DNA of 32,000 bases, taken from Aliivibrio fischeri ES114. Lineage in GTDB: Bacteria > Pseudomonadota > Gammaproteobacteria > Enterobacterales > Vibrionaceae. The translations under genes were made by a program, and so were the position numbers. The notes beneath the pieces are model-generated. The model did no database searches. It was not told the DNA's origin and saw nothing but the letters and a program-made list of their open reading frames with translations. This document shows, in pieces, positions 23,789 to 32,000 of this stretch (position 1 is the stretch's first letter; each line of letters begins with the position of its first letter). Where the stretch lies: the NCBI RefSeq assembly GCF_000011805.1, contig NC_006840.2. The stretch is one strand, 5' to 3'.

Positions 23789-24652
23789 TTAATCTAAATG
23801 CTCTAAACCCCATTTATATAGCGCATTTTTCTTCACACCATGTATTTCCGCTGCCATTGCCGCTGCTTTTTTAAGCGGAAGTTCTTTTACAAGAATAGAA
23901 AGTGAACGCGTCGCTTCAAATGGGAGTTCATCTTTTGCTTCGCTTCTAAAGCCGTGGATAAGTAAAACCATCTCTCCACGCTTACGATTATCGTCTTCTT
24001 TTATCCATTCAATTAACTCACCTAATGGTGCGCCATGAATCGTTTCATAGGTTTTTGTCAGTTCACGAGCTAATACAACTTGTCGCTCAGGACCAAGAAC
24101 CGTCAACATATCATCTAATGAATCCATAATACGGTGTGGAGACTCATAGAAAATACAAGTGCGCTCTGCTTGTGCAATCTCTTCAAACTTATCACGGCGG
24201 CCTTTACTTTTTGGAGGGAGGAAACCTTCAAAACTAAAACGGTCAGAAGGAAGACCAGCAGCTGAAAGTGCAGTAATAACAGCACAAGCACCAGGTAATG
24301 GCACAACATTTACATTCGCTTGACGACAACGATTGACTAAATGATAACCTGGGTCACTGATTAATGGTGTTCCCGCATCTGAGACAAGAGCTATAGATAG
24401 GCCCTGCTGCAATTTACTGATCAATAAGTCTGCTTTATGCTGTTCGTTATGATCATGCAGTGCAAATGTTTGACTCGCTATACCAAAATGAGACAATAAC
24501 TTACCAGTATGTCGTGTATCTTCCGCGGCAATAAGGTCAACGGACTTTAAAACCTCGATGGCTCGCTGCGTGATATCCCCTAAATTACCGATTGGTGTAG
24601 GAACAATGTACAAAGTTGCAGTATTCACCACAGATAAATTGTGTTCTGTCAT
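23789..24652 (-). CDS. rsmI: 16S rRNA (cytidine1402-2'-O)-methyltransferase RsmI (ORF open to 24718)
   Basis: [55 protein letters not shown]. Likely start is the internal Met of [12 protein letters not shown]. Confidence 0.97.
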   Translation of the reverse strand: MTEHNLSVVNTATLYIVPTPIGNLGDITQRAIEVLKSVDLIAAEDTRHTGKLLSHFGIASQTFALHDHNEQHKADLLISKLQQGLSIALVSDAGTPLISDPGYHLVNRCRQANVNVVPLPGACAVITALSAAGLPSDRFSFEGFLPPKSKGRRDKFEEIAQAERTCIFYESPHRIMDSLDDMLTVLGPERQVVLARELTKTYETIHGAPLGELIEWIKEDDNRKRGEMVLLIHGFRSEAKDELPFEATRSLSILVKELPLKKAAAMAAEIHGVKKNALYKWGLEHLD

Positions 24653-24830
24653 TTGTTTACTATCTCTTCTGCGATTAATATAGGGAATAATACCAATCTT
24701 AATGATACATTGTTTCATAGATTAGGTATTAGACTAAGCAATCACTATAATCAAAAATATATTTTAGCTGTTTGGGTGATGAGCATCCATAGTAACAACA
24801 GCCCTTTTAAGTAGGACCAGTATATTACCC

Positions 24831-26642
24831 ATGGCAAATATGACCCCGAGAAAGAACAGTGTAACACGCTTGATTGCTCCTGTAGCCTTAGCTCTGACAT
24901 TGGCTGCTTGTTCAAGCTCTCCAAAAGCACCTGATCGTCTGGATATTACTCAATCTCCAACTGAAACGAGTAATGCATATATTTTAAAAGCAGACCAGCA
25001 ACAAGGAGCGCTTGAAGCTGATTTCTTAATCATGGCATTAAAAGCGGCAGTACAAGAGCAAAACTTTGATCTTGCAGATAAGTTGTTTACACGCTTAGCA
25101 ACAATGCAACTCTCTCCGGCACAAACAGCAGAAATGCAACTTGCACATGCCAAAATGCTGAAATCTCAAAGCCAATACGAAGATGCATTAAAAACGCTAA
25201 ATTTTGAGGCATGGTGGAAGTTAGAAAACAGCCAATGGGTCGAGTATCACAAATTACGCCATGAATTATATTTATTAAGCGGTGATAATCTAAACTCAGC
25301 TCGTGAGTTAATTGAATTAGAACCATTCACTGCAGAAGATCAAAAAGCACAGCTTTGGACTCAAGTTTGGACAAGTGTTTCTTCATTAAACAGTACCGCT
25401 CTTGAAGAAGTAAAACTTGATGAAACAGAAACTAATTTACATGGCTGGGTACAACTAGCTACTTACTTAGATACGCTGAAGCACTCTCCAATGCGTTTAC
25501 AAGAAACCTTAAATGAATGGTTACTTGCAAATCCAACACATCCAGCAGCGACTTACACACCTCAAGTCATCTTAGATATTCTTGCTCTTGAAATTGTTCG
25601 TCCTGAAAATGTAGCACTACTATTACCTTTAAGTGGTCGCTTTGGACCTCAAGGTATTCGTGTTCGTGATGGTTTCATTAATGCCATGATGGAAGATAAA
25701 GAGCGAGACGAGTTTACTAAGCTTAAAGTCATTGATACTCAAGCGACATCAATGGCAGAAATAATGACCACATTAGAAAAAGAACAAATTCAATTTGTTG
25801 TTGGACCTTTAGTCCGTAGTAAAATTGAAGAGTTCCAGTCTTTAAATTCAACTGAGATTGCGCAACTAGCTCTTAATATCCCAAGTGAAATTGATACTGA
25901 TATAAACAGTTGTTATTTCACACTGTCGCCAGAACAAGAAGCAGAGCAAGCGGCTGTACATCTATTTAAACAAGGCTTTAAACACCCACTTTATCTTGCA
26001 CCACAAGGCACAATGGGTGAGCGATTAAGCCAAGCCTTCAGTGATAAATGGTTCCAACTAACAGCAAAACGTCCGTCAATCAGCTACTTTGGGTCAAAAG
26101 CGCAACTACAACAGAAAGTAAACAGTGTTTTTGGTATTGAAAGTAGCCAAGCTCGTATCTACCAAATGAACGCATTAGCGAGCATGGAATTAGAAGCTCA
26201 ACCTCGTAGTCGTCGTGACATTGATGCGGTTTACATGGTAGCTAAAAGCAGTGAGTTGGTTCTATTAAAACCTTTCATTGAAGTTGCGATTAATCCTGGA
26301 ATTAAACCACCAAAACTGTATGCAAGTTCTCGTAGTAACAGTGGCCGTCAAACTCAGCTAGTTGAAATTAAAGGCATTGAGTTTAGTGACATTCCATTAT
26401 TAACAAATGAAAACCACAGTTTTAAAGCGCAATACGATGAATTGTGGCCAAAAAGTAGCAACGGTGAAACTCGACTTCATGCTCTAGGTATGGATGCTTA
26501 CCAGTTGGTTGCTGAACTACCTCAAATGAAAGCCGTTGATAATTACCGTATGGAAGGTAAAACAGGTGAACTAAGCCTGAACCAAGAGTGCGTAATTCAA
26601 CGTAAAATGAGCTGGGCTGTTCATGGAGAAGAAACAGAATAA
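24831..26642 (+). CDS. lpoA: Penicillin-binding protein activator LpoA (outer-membrane lipoprotein)
   Basis: Lipobox LTLAACSSS, C-terminal periplasmic-binding-like domain (NVALLLPLSGRFGPQGIRVRDGFINAMM); adjacent to yraN/diaA/yraP. Confidence 0.95.
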   Translation: MANMTPRKNSVTRLIAPVALALTLAACSSSPKAPDRLDITQSPTETSNAYILKADQQQGALEADFLIMALKAAVQEQNFDLADKLFTRLATMQLSPAQTAEMQLAHAKMLKSQSQYEDALKTLNFEAWWKLENSQWVEYHKLRHELYLLSGDNLNSARELIELEPFTAEDQKAQLWTQVWTSVSSLNSTALEEVKLDETETNLHGWVQLATYLDTLKHSPMRLQETLNEWLLANPTHPAATYTPQVILDILALEIVRPENVALLLPLSGRFGPQGIRVRDGFINAMMEDKERDEFTKLKVIDTQATSMAEIMTTLEKEQIQFVVGPLVRSKIEEFQSLNSTEIAQLALNIPSEIDTDINSCYFTLSPEQEAEQAAVHLFKQGFKHPLYLAPQGTMGERLSQAFSDKWFQLTAKRPSISYFGSKAQLQQKVNSVFGIESSQARIYQMNALASMELEAQPRSRRDIDAVYMVAKSSELVLLKPFIEVAINPGIKPPKLYASSRSNSGRQTQLVEIKGIEFSDIPLLTNENHSFKAQYDELWPKSSNGETRLHALGMDAYQLVAELPQMKAVDNYRMEGKTGELSLNQECVIQRKMSWAVHGEETE

Positions 26643-26994
26643 GCGAGCAAAGGGCGAATTTTATGAGTTGATGGCACAACGCTATTTAGAGCAACATCAA
26701 CTCACATTCATTGCCCGCAATTTCCAGTCAAAAACCGGAGAACTTGATCTCATCATGCGAGATCAAGATTCTTTTGTGTTTGTTGAAGTAAAATACCGTA
26801 ACACTTCAAATTTCGGTTCTGCGCAAGAAATGGTAACATGGCAAAAACAGCGCAAATTACAGCGAACCGCTCTCTTCTGGCTTATGAAGAATAAGCTCTC
26901 TGTTGAACATACATCTTTTAGATTTGATGTCGTTGCTATCCATGCTCAAGGTAAGGAAATCAACTGGATCAAAAATGCTATTGTTGAAGGGTAA
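26623..26994 (+). CDS. yraN: UPF0102 family protein YraN (predicted endonuclease-like fold)
   Basis: RNFQSKTGELDLIMRDQDSFVFVEVKYR: UPF0102 signature. Overlaps the lpoA end by 20 nt. Confidence 0.93.
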   Translation: MEKKQNKRAKGEFYELMAQRYLEQHQLTFIARNFQSKTGELDLIMRDQDSFVFVEVKYRNTSNFGSAQEMVTWQKQRKLQRTALFWLMKNKLSVEHTSFRFDVVAIHAQGKEINWIKNAIVEG

Positions 26995-27588
<594 letters not shown>

Positions 27589-27592
27589 TAAT

Positions 27593-28180
27593 ATGAAATT
27601 AGTGAAATTAAGTGCTTTACTGCTTTCTGCGGTATTACTGCAAGGTTGTGCTGGCTTGTTCATTGCAGGAGCGGCAACAACCGCGTCTGTTGTAACAGAT
27701 AACCGCACAGTAAAAGAGCAACTATCAGACAAAAACTTATCCCTTGAAGCTACTGGGCTTGCCAATAAAGCACCTTACCAATACAACATGCGAGTTAGTG
27801 CTGTTGCTTATGACGGTAAAGTTCTATTAATGGGACAAGCAAAAGATGCTCAAATGAATCAAGACTTTGAGAAAAAGATAAAAGATATGAAAGGAGTGAA
27901 TACGGTTTATAACCAAATCAGAGTTCGCCCATTACTCACTTTTACTCAAATCAATAATGACAGCTGGATCACGACAAAAGTGAAATCTTCACTCCTCGCC
28001 AAAAGTGAATTAAACGGAATAAAAATCAGTGTATTTACTGAAGCTCAAGAAGTGTTCTTAGTTGGCTTTGTAACAGAAGAACAAGGCAACATTGCAGCAG
28101 ACGTCGCTCGTAATATCAAGGGCGTAAAAGGCGTAATTAAAGCATTTGAATACGGCCAAGGTGGCAGTGTCGAGCAATAG
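27593..28180 (+). CDS. dolP: BON-domain outer-membrane lipoprotein DolP (YraP)
   Basis: ATG 27593 gives MKLVKLSALLLSAVLLQGCAGLF with lipobox and two BON domains. The tracked ORF from 27545 overlaps diaA and is less plausible. Confidence 0.94.
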   Translation: MKLVKLSALLLSAVLLQGCAGLFIAGAATTASVVTDNRTVKEQLSDKNLSLEATGLANKAPYQYNMRVSAVAYDGKVLLMGQAKDAQMNQDFEKKIKDMKGVNTVYNQIRVRPLLTFTQINNDSWITTKVKSSLLAKSELNGIKISVFTEAQEVFLVGFVTEEQGNIAADVARNIKGVKGVIKAFEYGQGGSVEQ

Positions 28181-28200
28181 TTAATAACCAAAGCACAATA

Positions 28201-28228
28201 AAAAGCCTACATTTCTGTAGGCTTTTTA
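28201..28228. terminator. Bidirectional terminator between dolP and sspB
   Basis: AAAAGCCTACA-tttc-TGTAGGCTTTTT. Confidence 0.88.
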
Positions 28229-28249
28229 GTTGGATTCAATTGTTGCACT

Positions 28250-28714
28250 TTACTTAACGACTCTTAAGCTCGGACGACCACTTGGACGCGGAGGTTCAGG
28301 CTCATCATCTGATGATGTATTATCTTCAGAAACAGCATTTAAATTTGTTTCTTCTTCAAAAATACCTTCATCATCTGTCATCTCATACGCTTCTTCTGGT
28401 TCAAACATGGTTCCTGCACCGTTTTCACGAGCATAAATAGCTTGAATTGCGTACAAAGGTAAAATGATTGAATGTGGGCGACCACTGAAACGTGCATTAA
28501 ATGTCACGGCTTCATTACCCATCTCCAAGTTACCAACAGAGTGTGGTGCTACGTTTAAAACAATTTGACCATCTTGAACAAACTCTTCTGGAACTCGAAC
28601 ACCATTCATTGTTGCATCAACAACAAGATGAGGCGTCAGCTCGTTATCTACGATCCATTCATAGAACGCTCGTAATAAATAAGGGCGACGCGGCATCATT
28701 GAGCGAATATCCAT
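28250..28714 (-). CDS. sspB: ClpXP protease specificity-enhancing factor SspB
   Basis: RRPYLLRAFYEWIVDNELTPHLVVDA and C-terminal ClpX-binding tail RPSLRVVK. Confidence 0.97.
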   Translation of the reverse strand: MDIRSMMPRRPYLLRAFYEWIVDNELTPHLVVDATMNGVRVPEEFVQDGQIVLNVAPHSVGNLEMGNEAVTFNARFSGRPHSIILPLYAIQAIYARENGAGTMFEPEEAYEMTDDEGIFEEETNLNAVSEDNTSSDDEPEPPRPSGRPSLRVVK

Positions 28715-29352
28715 TAGTTAGTTAAACGTAGTTCACGTTCTGCTTCTGTTAGAGAAGCTAGGAATGAATCACGCTCAAATACTCGGTTCATGTATACTTT
28801 TAATTCTTTAGCGCCAGGGCCTGATAATTCAATACCCATAGATGGCAAACGCCATAATAACGGAGCTAAGTAACAATCCACTAAGCTAAACTCATCACTC
28901 ATGAAGTATGTGTATTCAGCAAAGATTGGACCTAACATTAGTAGGTCATTGCGTAGCTTGTTACGTGCAGCTTCAGATTCTTCGAATGAACCTTTAACCA
29001 CTTTCTCAGCTAGTGAGTACCAGTTTGTCTCAACACGGTGCATCATTAGACGGCTGTTACCACGAGCTACAGGGTAAACAGGCATCAATGGTGGATGAGG
29101 AAAACGCTCATCTAAGTATTCCATGATGATGTTAGAGTTGTATAGAGCAAGCTCACGATCAACTAGTGTAGGTACAGTTTTGTAAGGGTTTAATTCTACA
29201 AGTTCTGCAGGTAAGTTGGATGGATCAACCAATTCAACTTCAACACTTACTCCTTTCTCAGCAAGTACGATACGTACTTGATGACTGTACATGTCAGAAG
29301 CGTCTGAAAAAAGCGTCATTACTGAGCGTTTGTTGGCAGCAACAGCCATTGA
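28714..29352 (-). CDS. sspA: Stringent starvation protein A SspA (ORF open to 29388)
   Basis: GST-like fold: MTLFSDASDMYSHQVRIVLAEKGVSVEVELVDPSNLPAELVELNPYKTVPTLVDRELALYNS. Likely start MAVAANKRSVM. Confidence 0.96.
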   Translation of the reverse strand, partial: SMAVAANKRSVMTLFSDASDMYSHQVRIVLAEKGVSVEVELVDPSNLPAELVELNPYKTVPTLVDRELALYNSNIIMEYLDERFPHPPLMPVYPVARGNSRLMMHRVETNWYSLAEKVVKGSFEESEAARNKLRNDLLMLGPIFAEYTYFMSDEFSLVDCYLAPLLWRLPSMGIELSGPGAKELKVYMNRVFERDSFLASLTEAERELRLTN

Positions 29353-29435
29353 GCCCCTCCGGTATTTATCTAGGAACAAAAGCACCACATTTAGGGTGCC
29401 GTCATCTATTATTACTATAAAAATAATAGTGACAC

Positions 29436-29462
29436 AAAAACAATGGAGGCTGAGCCTCCATT
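29436..29462 (-). terminator. Rho-independent terminator of the petABC operon
   Basis: AATGGAGGC-TCA-GCCTCCATT stem followed on the minus strand by G and a T-run. Confidence 0.88.
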
Positions 29463-29492
29463 GCGTACAATTAACGATCTAGAATATCACGA

Positions 29493-30230
29493 TTAGTGGA
29501 CATCACGCCAATATTCTTTCTTAAGTAAATAAGAAACAAAGGCGAATATCACTAAAAAGCCCATAACCCACCAACCTAAACGATGGCGTTCAAGTTTTAC
29601 AGGATCACCTGAGTATTCTAAAAAGTTAACTAAATCGCGAACCGCTGTATCGTATTCACCAGAGCTAAGCTCTCCAGTGCCATCAGACTCAACCCCAACA
29701 ACAACTTTATGCTCAACACCATCAACCGTTGTAGTTTCATAAACTGGTGTAGTTACCCCTTGTAGCTCTTGAAGTACATGAGGCATACCAACACTTGGGA
29801 ACACCATATTATTCACACCAAATGGACGAGTAGGATCCGCATAGAAAGTACGTAAATAAGTATATAACCAATCGGTACCTCGCACGCGAGCTACAAGTGT
29901 TAAATCTGGAGGCGGAGCACCAAACCAGTTAGCTGCTTGTTTTTCAGGGATCGCACTCTTCATTAAGTCACCGATCTTGGCGTCAGGATTAAACACTAAG
30001 TTTTCCATCATCAAATCAGGTGGAATCCCTAAGTCTTCAGCAACACGGTTATAGCGCTGATATTGTGTTGAGTGGCAACCGGCACAATAATTCATGAAGA
30101 TCTTCGCACCATTTTGTAGAGATGCTTGATCGCTAATATCATTATTCGCTTTATCTAATGGTACGTTTGCACCTGCTGCCATCGCCATTGATGGCAACAA
30201 AGCAAAAAGCACTAAAATCAACTTTTTCAT
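29493..30230 (-). CDS. petC: Ubiquinol-cytochrome c reductase, cytochrome c1
   Basis: Heme-binding CAGCHS, C-terminal TM anchor. Confidence 0.97.
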   Translation of the reverse strand: MKKLILVLFALLPSMAMAAGANVPLDKANNDISDQASLQNGAKIFMNYCAGCHSTQYQRYNRVAEDLGIPPDLMMENLVFNPDAKIGDLMKSAIPEKQAANWFGAPPPDLTLVARVRGTDWLYTYLRTFYADPTRPFGVNNMVFPSVGMPHVLQELQGVTTPVYETTTVDGVEHKVVVGVESDGTGELSSGEYDTAVRDLVNFLEYSGDPVKLERHRLGWWVMGFLVIFAFVSYLLKKEYWRDVH

Positions 30231-31495
30231 TTGAATGTCACCCTCTCTGGTAATGGTTTTGTGACTTCATTTTTACTGTAAATAAACAGAATAACGAAGA
30301 ACATAAAGTACATCAGACTAAAGATTTGAGCTAACAGCGTATAAGTTGGTGTTGCAGGTAACGCACCTAATACACCTAATGCAATAAAGCTGATAGTAAA
30401 TTGGATAATATTCAACAAGTGTAACTTGCTACGGTAACGATAAGAGCGAACCTTACAACGATCCAACCATGGAAGTAAGAACAATACGACTATCGACGCC
30501 CCCATTGCTACTACCCCTAATAATTTATCAGGAACCGCACGCAAGATGGCATAGAATGGTGTGAAATACCAAACAGGCGCAATGTGCTCAGGGGTTTTTA
30601 ATGGGTTTGCAGCTTCAAAGTTAGGCGGCTCAAGGAAGTAGCCTCCCATTTCAGGATTAAAGAACAACACGTAACAGAAGAAAAATAAGAAACCAGCCAC
30701 ACCAATCATATCTTTAACCGTTCCATAAGGATGGAAAGGCACTGAATCAATGATGTTATATTTACTTGTGTAATATTCGTGGAACTTAAACTGTGTTTTA
30801 TGCTCACCTTTATCGTCTTTTGCTTTTGGTAGTTTAGTTTCAATACCATCAGGGTTATTAGAACCAACCTCATGCAAAGCTAAAATATGAAGAACAACTA
30901 GAAGTAATAAAACAATTGGTAGTGCAATAACATGAAGTGCAAAGAAACGGTTTAGCGTCGCTCCCGAAATAACATAGTCACCACGGATCCAAAGGGTAAG
31001 ATCATCACCAATAATAGGAATTGCGCCAAATAAAGAAATGATTACTTGAGCTCCCCAGTAAGACATTTGACCCCAAGGTAATAAATACCCCATGAATGCT
31101 TCAGCCATTAAAACTAAGAAGATCAACATACCAAATAACCACAACAGTTCACGCGGCTTTTGATAAGAACCATAAATTAGACCACGAAACATATGCAGGT
31201 AAACAACAACAAAAAAGGCAGATGCCCCAGTTGAGTGCATATAACGAAGTAACCATCCATAATCAACATCACGCATGATGTATTCAACAGAGGCAAACGC
31301 ACCTTCACCAGAAGGAACATAGTTCATCGTTAACCAAATACCAGTTACGATCTGATTAACCAAAACCAACATGGCCAAAGAGCCAAAGAAATACCAAAAG
31401 TTAAAGTTTTTTGGCATTGGGTACTCTGATAAATGCTTCTTATATGCATTCATCGCAGGCAGACGCTTCTCTACCCAATCAAGTAACGGTTGCAT
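30227..31495 (-). CDS. petB: Ubiquinol-cytochrome c reductase, cytochrome b
   Basis: FNFWYFFGSLAMLVLVNQIVTGIWLTMNY, paired His positions, AFMGYLLPWGQMSYWGA. Confidence 0.98.
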   Translation of the reverse strand: MQPLLDWVEKRLPAMNAYKKHLSEYPMPKNFNFWYFFGSLAMLVLVNQIVTGIWLTMNYVPSGEGAFASVEYIMRDVDYGWLLRYMHSTGASAFFVVVYLHMFRGLIYGSYQKPRELLWLFGMLIFLVLMAEAFMGYLLPWGQMSYWGAQVIISLFGAIPIIGDDLTLWIRGDYVISGATLNRFFALHVIALPIVLLLLVVLHILALHEVGSNNPDGIETKLPKAKDDKGEHKTQFKFHEYYTSKYNIIDSVPFHPYGTVKDMIGVAGFLFFFCYVLFFNPEMGGYFLEPPNFEAANPLKTPEHIAPVWYFTPFYAILRAVPDKLLGVVAMGASIVVLFLLPWLDRCKVRSYRYRSKLHLLNIIQFTISFIALGVLGALPATPTYTLLAQIFSLMYFMFFVILFIYSKNEVTKPLPERVTFK

Positions 31496-32000
31496 TAGGC
31501 TTCCCCTCCTTCATCAACCCCAACTAGGATACGAGTATCACTAAGGTACATGTGCTTAGGAACAACAAGATTCAGAGGTGCCGGAACACCTTGGAATACT
31601 CGACCCGCCATATCAAATTTAGAGCCATGACATGGGCAGAAGAAACCAGAATTAACCCCCTCAACTTGTTCACTAAAACTGTCAGGTAAATAGGTAGGTG
31701 AACAGCCAAGGTGAGTACAGATGCCAACTGCTAAAAAGATTTCTGGCTTAATTGAGCGATATGCATTTTGAGCATATTCAGGTTGTTGTTCTTCCCCAGA
31801 AGACGGGTCTCGAAGTTGACCCTCAATTTCAGTTAATGATTGTAAAAGTGCTTCTGAACGACGAACAACCCATACAGGTTTTCCTCGCCACTCAACACGA
31901 ACCATCTGCCCATCCTCGAGCTTACTGATATCGACTTCAACCGGAGCACCAGCAGCTTTCGCTTTTGCACTCGGGTTCCAAGATTTAATAAAAGGTACGG
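31495..32000 (-). CDS. petA: Ubiquinol-cytochrome c reductase iron-sulfur (Rieske) subunit, 5' partial
   Basis: CTHLGCSP and CPCHGSKFD Rieske motifs. The frame stays open past 31905 to the window edge (...VPFIKSWNPSAKAKAAGAPVEVDISKLEDGQMVRVEW). Confidence 0.97.
   Translation of the reverse strand, partial: VPFIKSWNPSAKAKAAGAPVEVDISKLEDGQMVRVEWRGKPVWVVRRSEALLQSLTEIEGQLRDPSSGEEQQPEYAQNAYRSIKPEIFLAVGICTHLGCSPTYLPDSFSEQVEGVNSGFFCPCHGSKFDMAGRVFQGVPAPLNLVVPKHMYLSDTRILVGVDEGGEA

Overview
This window is a conserved core-genome region that looks like Vibrionaceae, most likely Aliivibrio. That placement is inferred from gene content and protein similarity; no search was run. From left to right it holds: the 3' part of pilD, then coaE, zapD and yacG (+); mutT and secA (-); dciA, the DUF721 helicase-loader family (+); the dcw cell-wall/division cluster on the minus strand (lpxC, ftsZ, ftsA, ftsQ, murC, murG, ftsW, murD, mraY, murF, murE, ftsI, ftsL, rsmH); the RNase P RNA gene rnpB (-); rsmI (-); lpoA, yraN, diaA and dolP/yraP (+); sspB and sspA (-); and petC, petB and partial petA (-). 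I found no CRISPR array, mobile element, tRNA, rRNA, phage or defence island, and nothing that convincingly looks like a new multi-gene system. Items worth a second look: (i) a 45-codon ORF with a hydrophobic core and two short inverted repeats in the secA leader, where E. coli has secM; (ii) apparent single-base frameshifts in coaE and murD, most likely sequence errors; (iii) a 5' stem-loop just after a plausible extended -10 promoter upstream of lpxC; (iv) the cluster layout, with mraZ and ddl absent, rnpB directly upstream of rsmH, and dciA between lpxC and secA.
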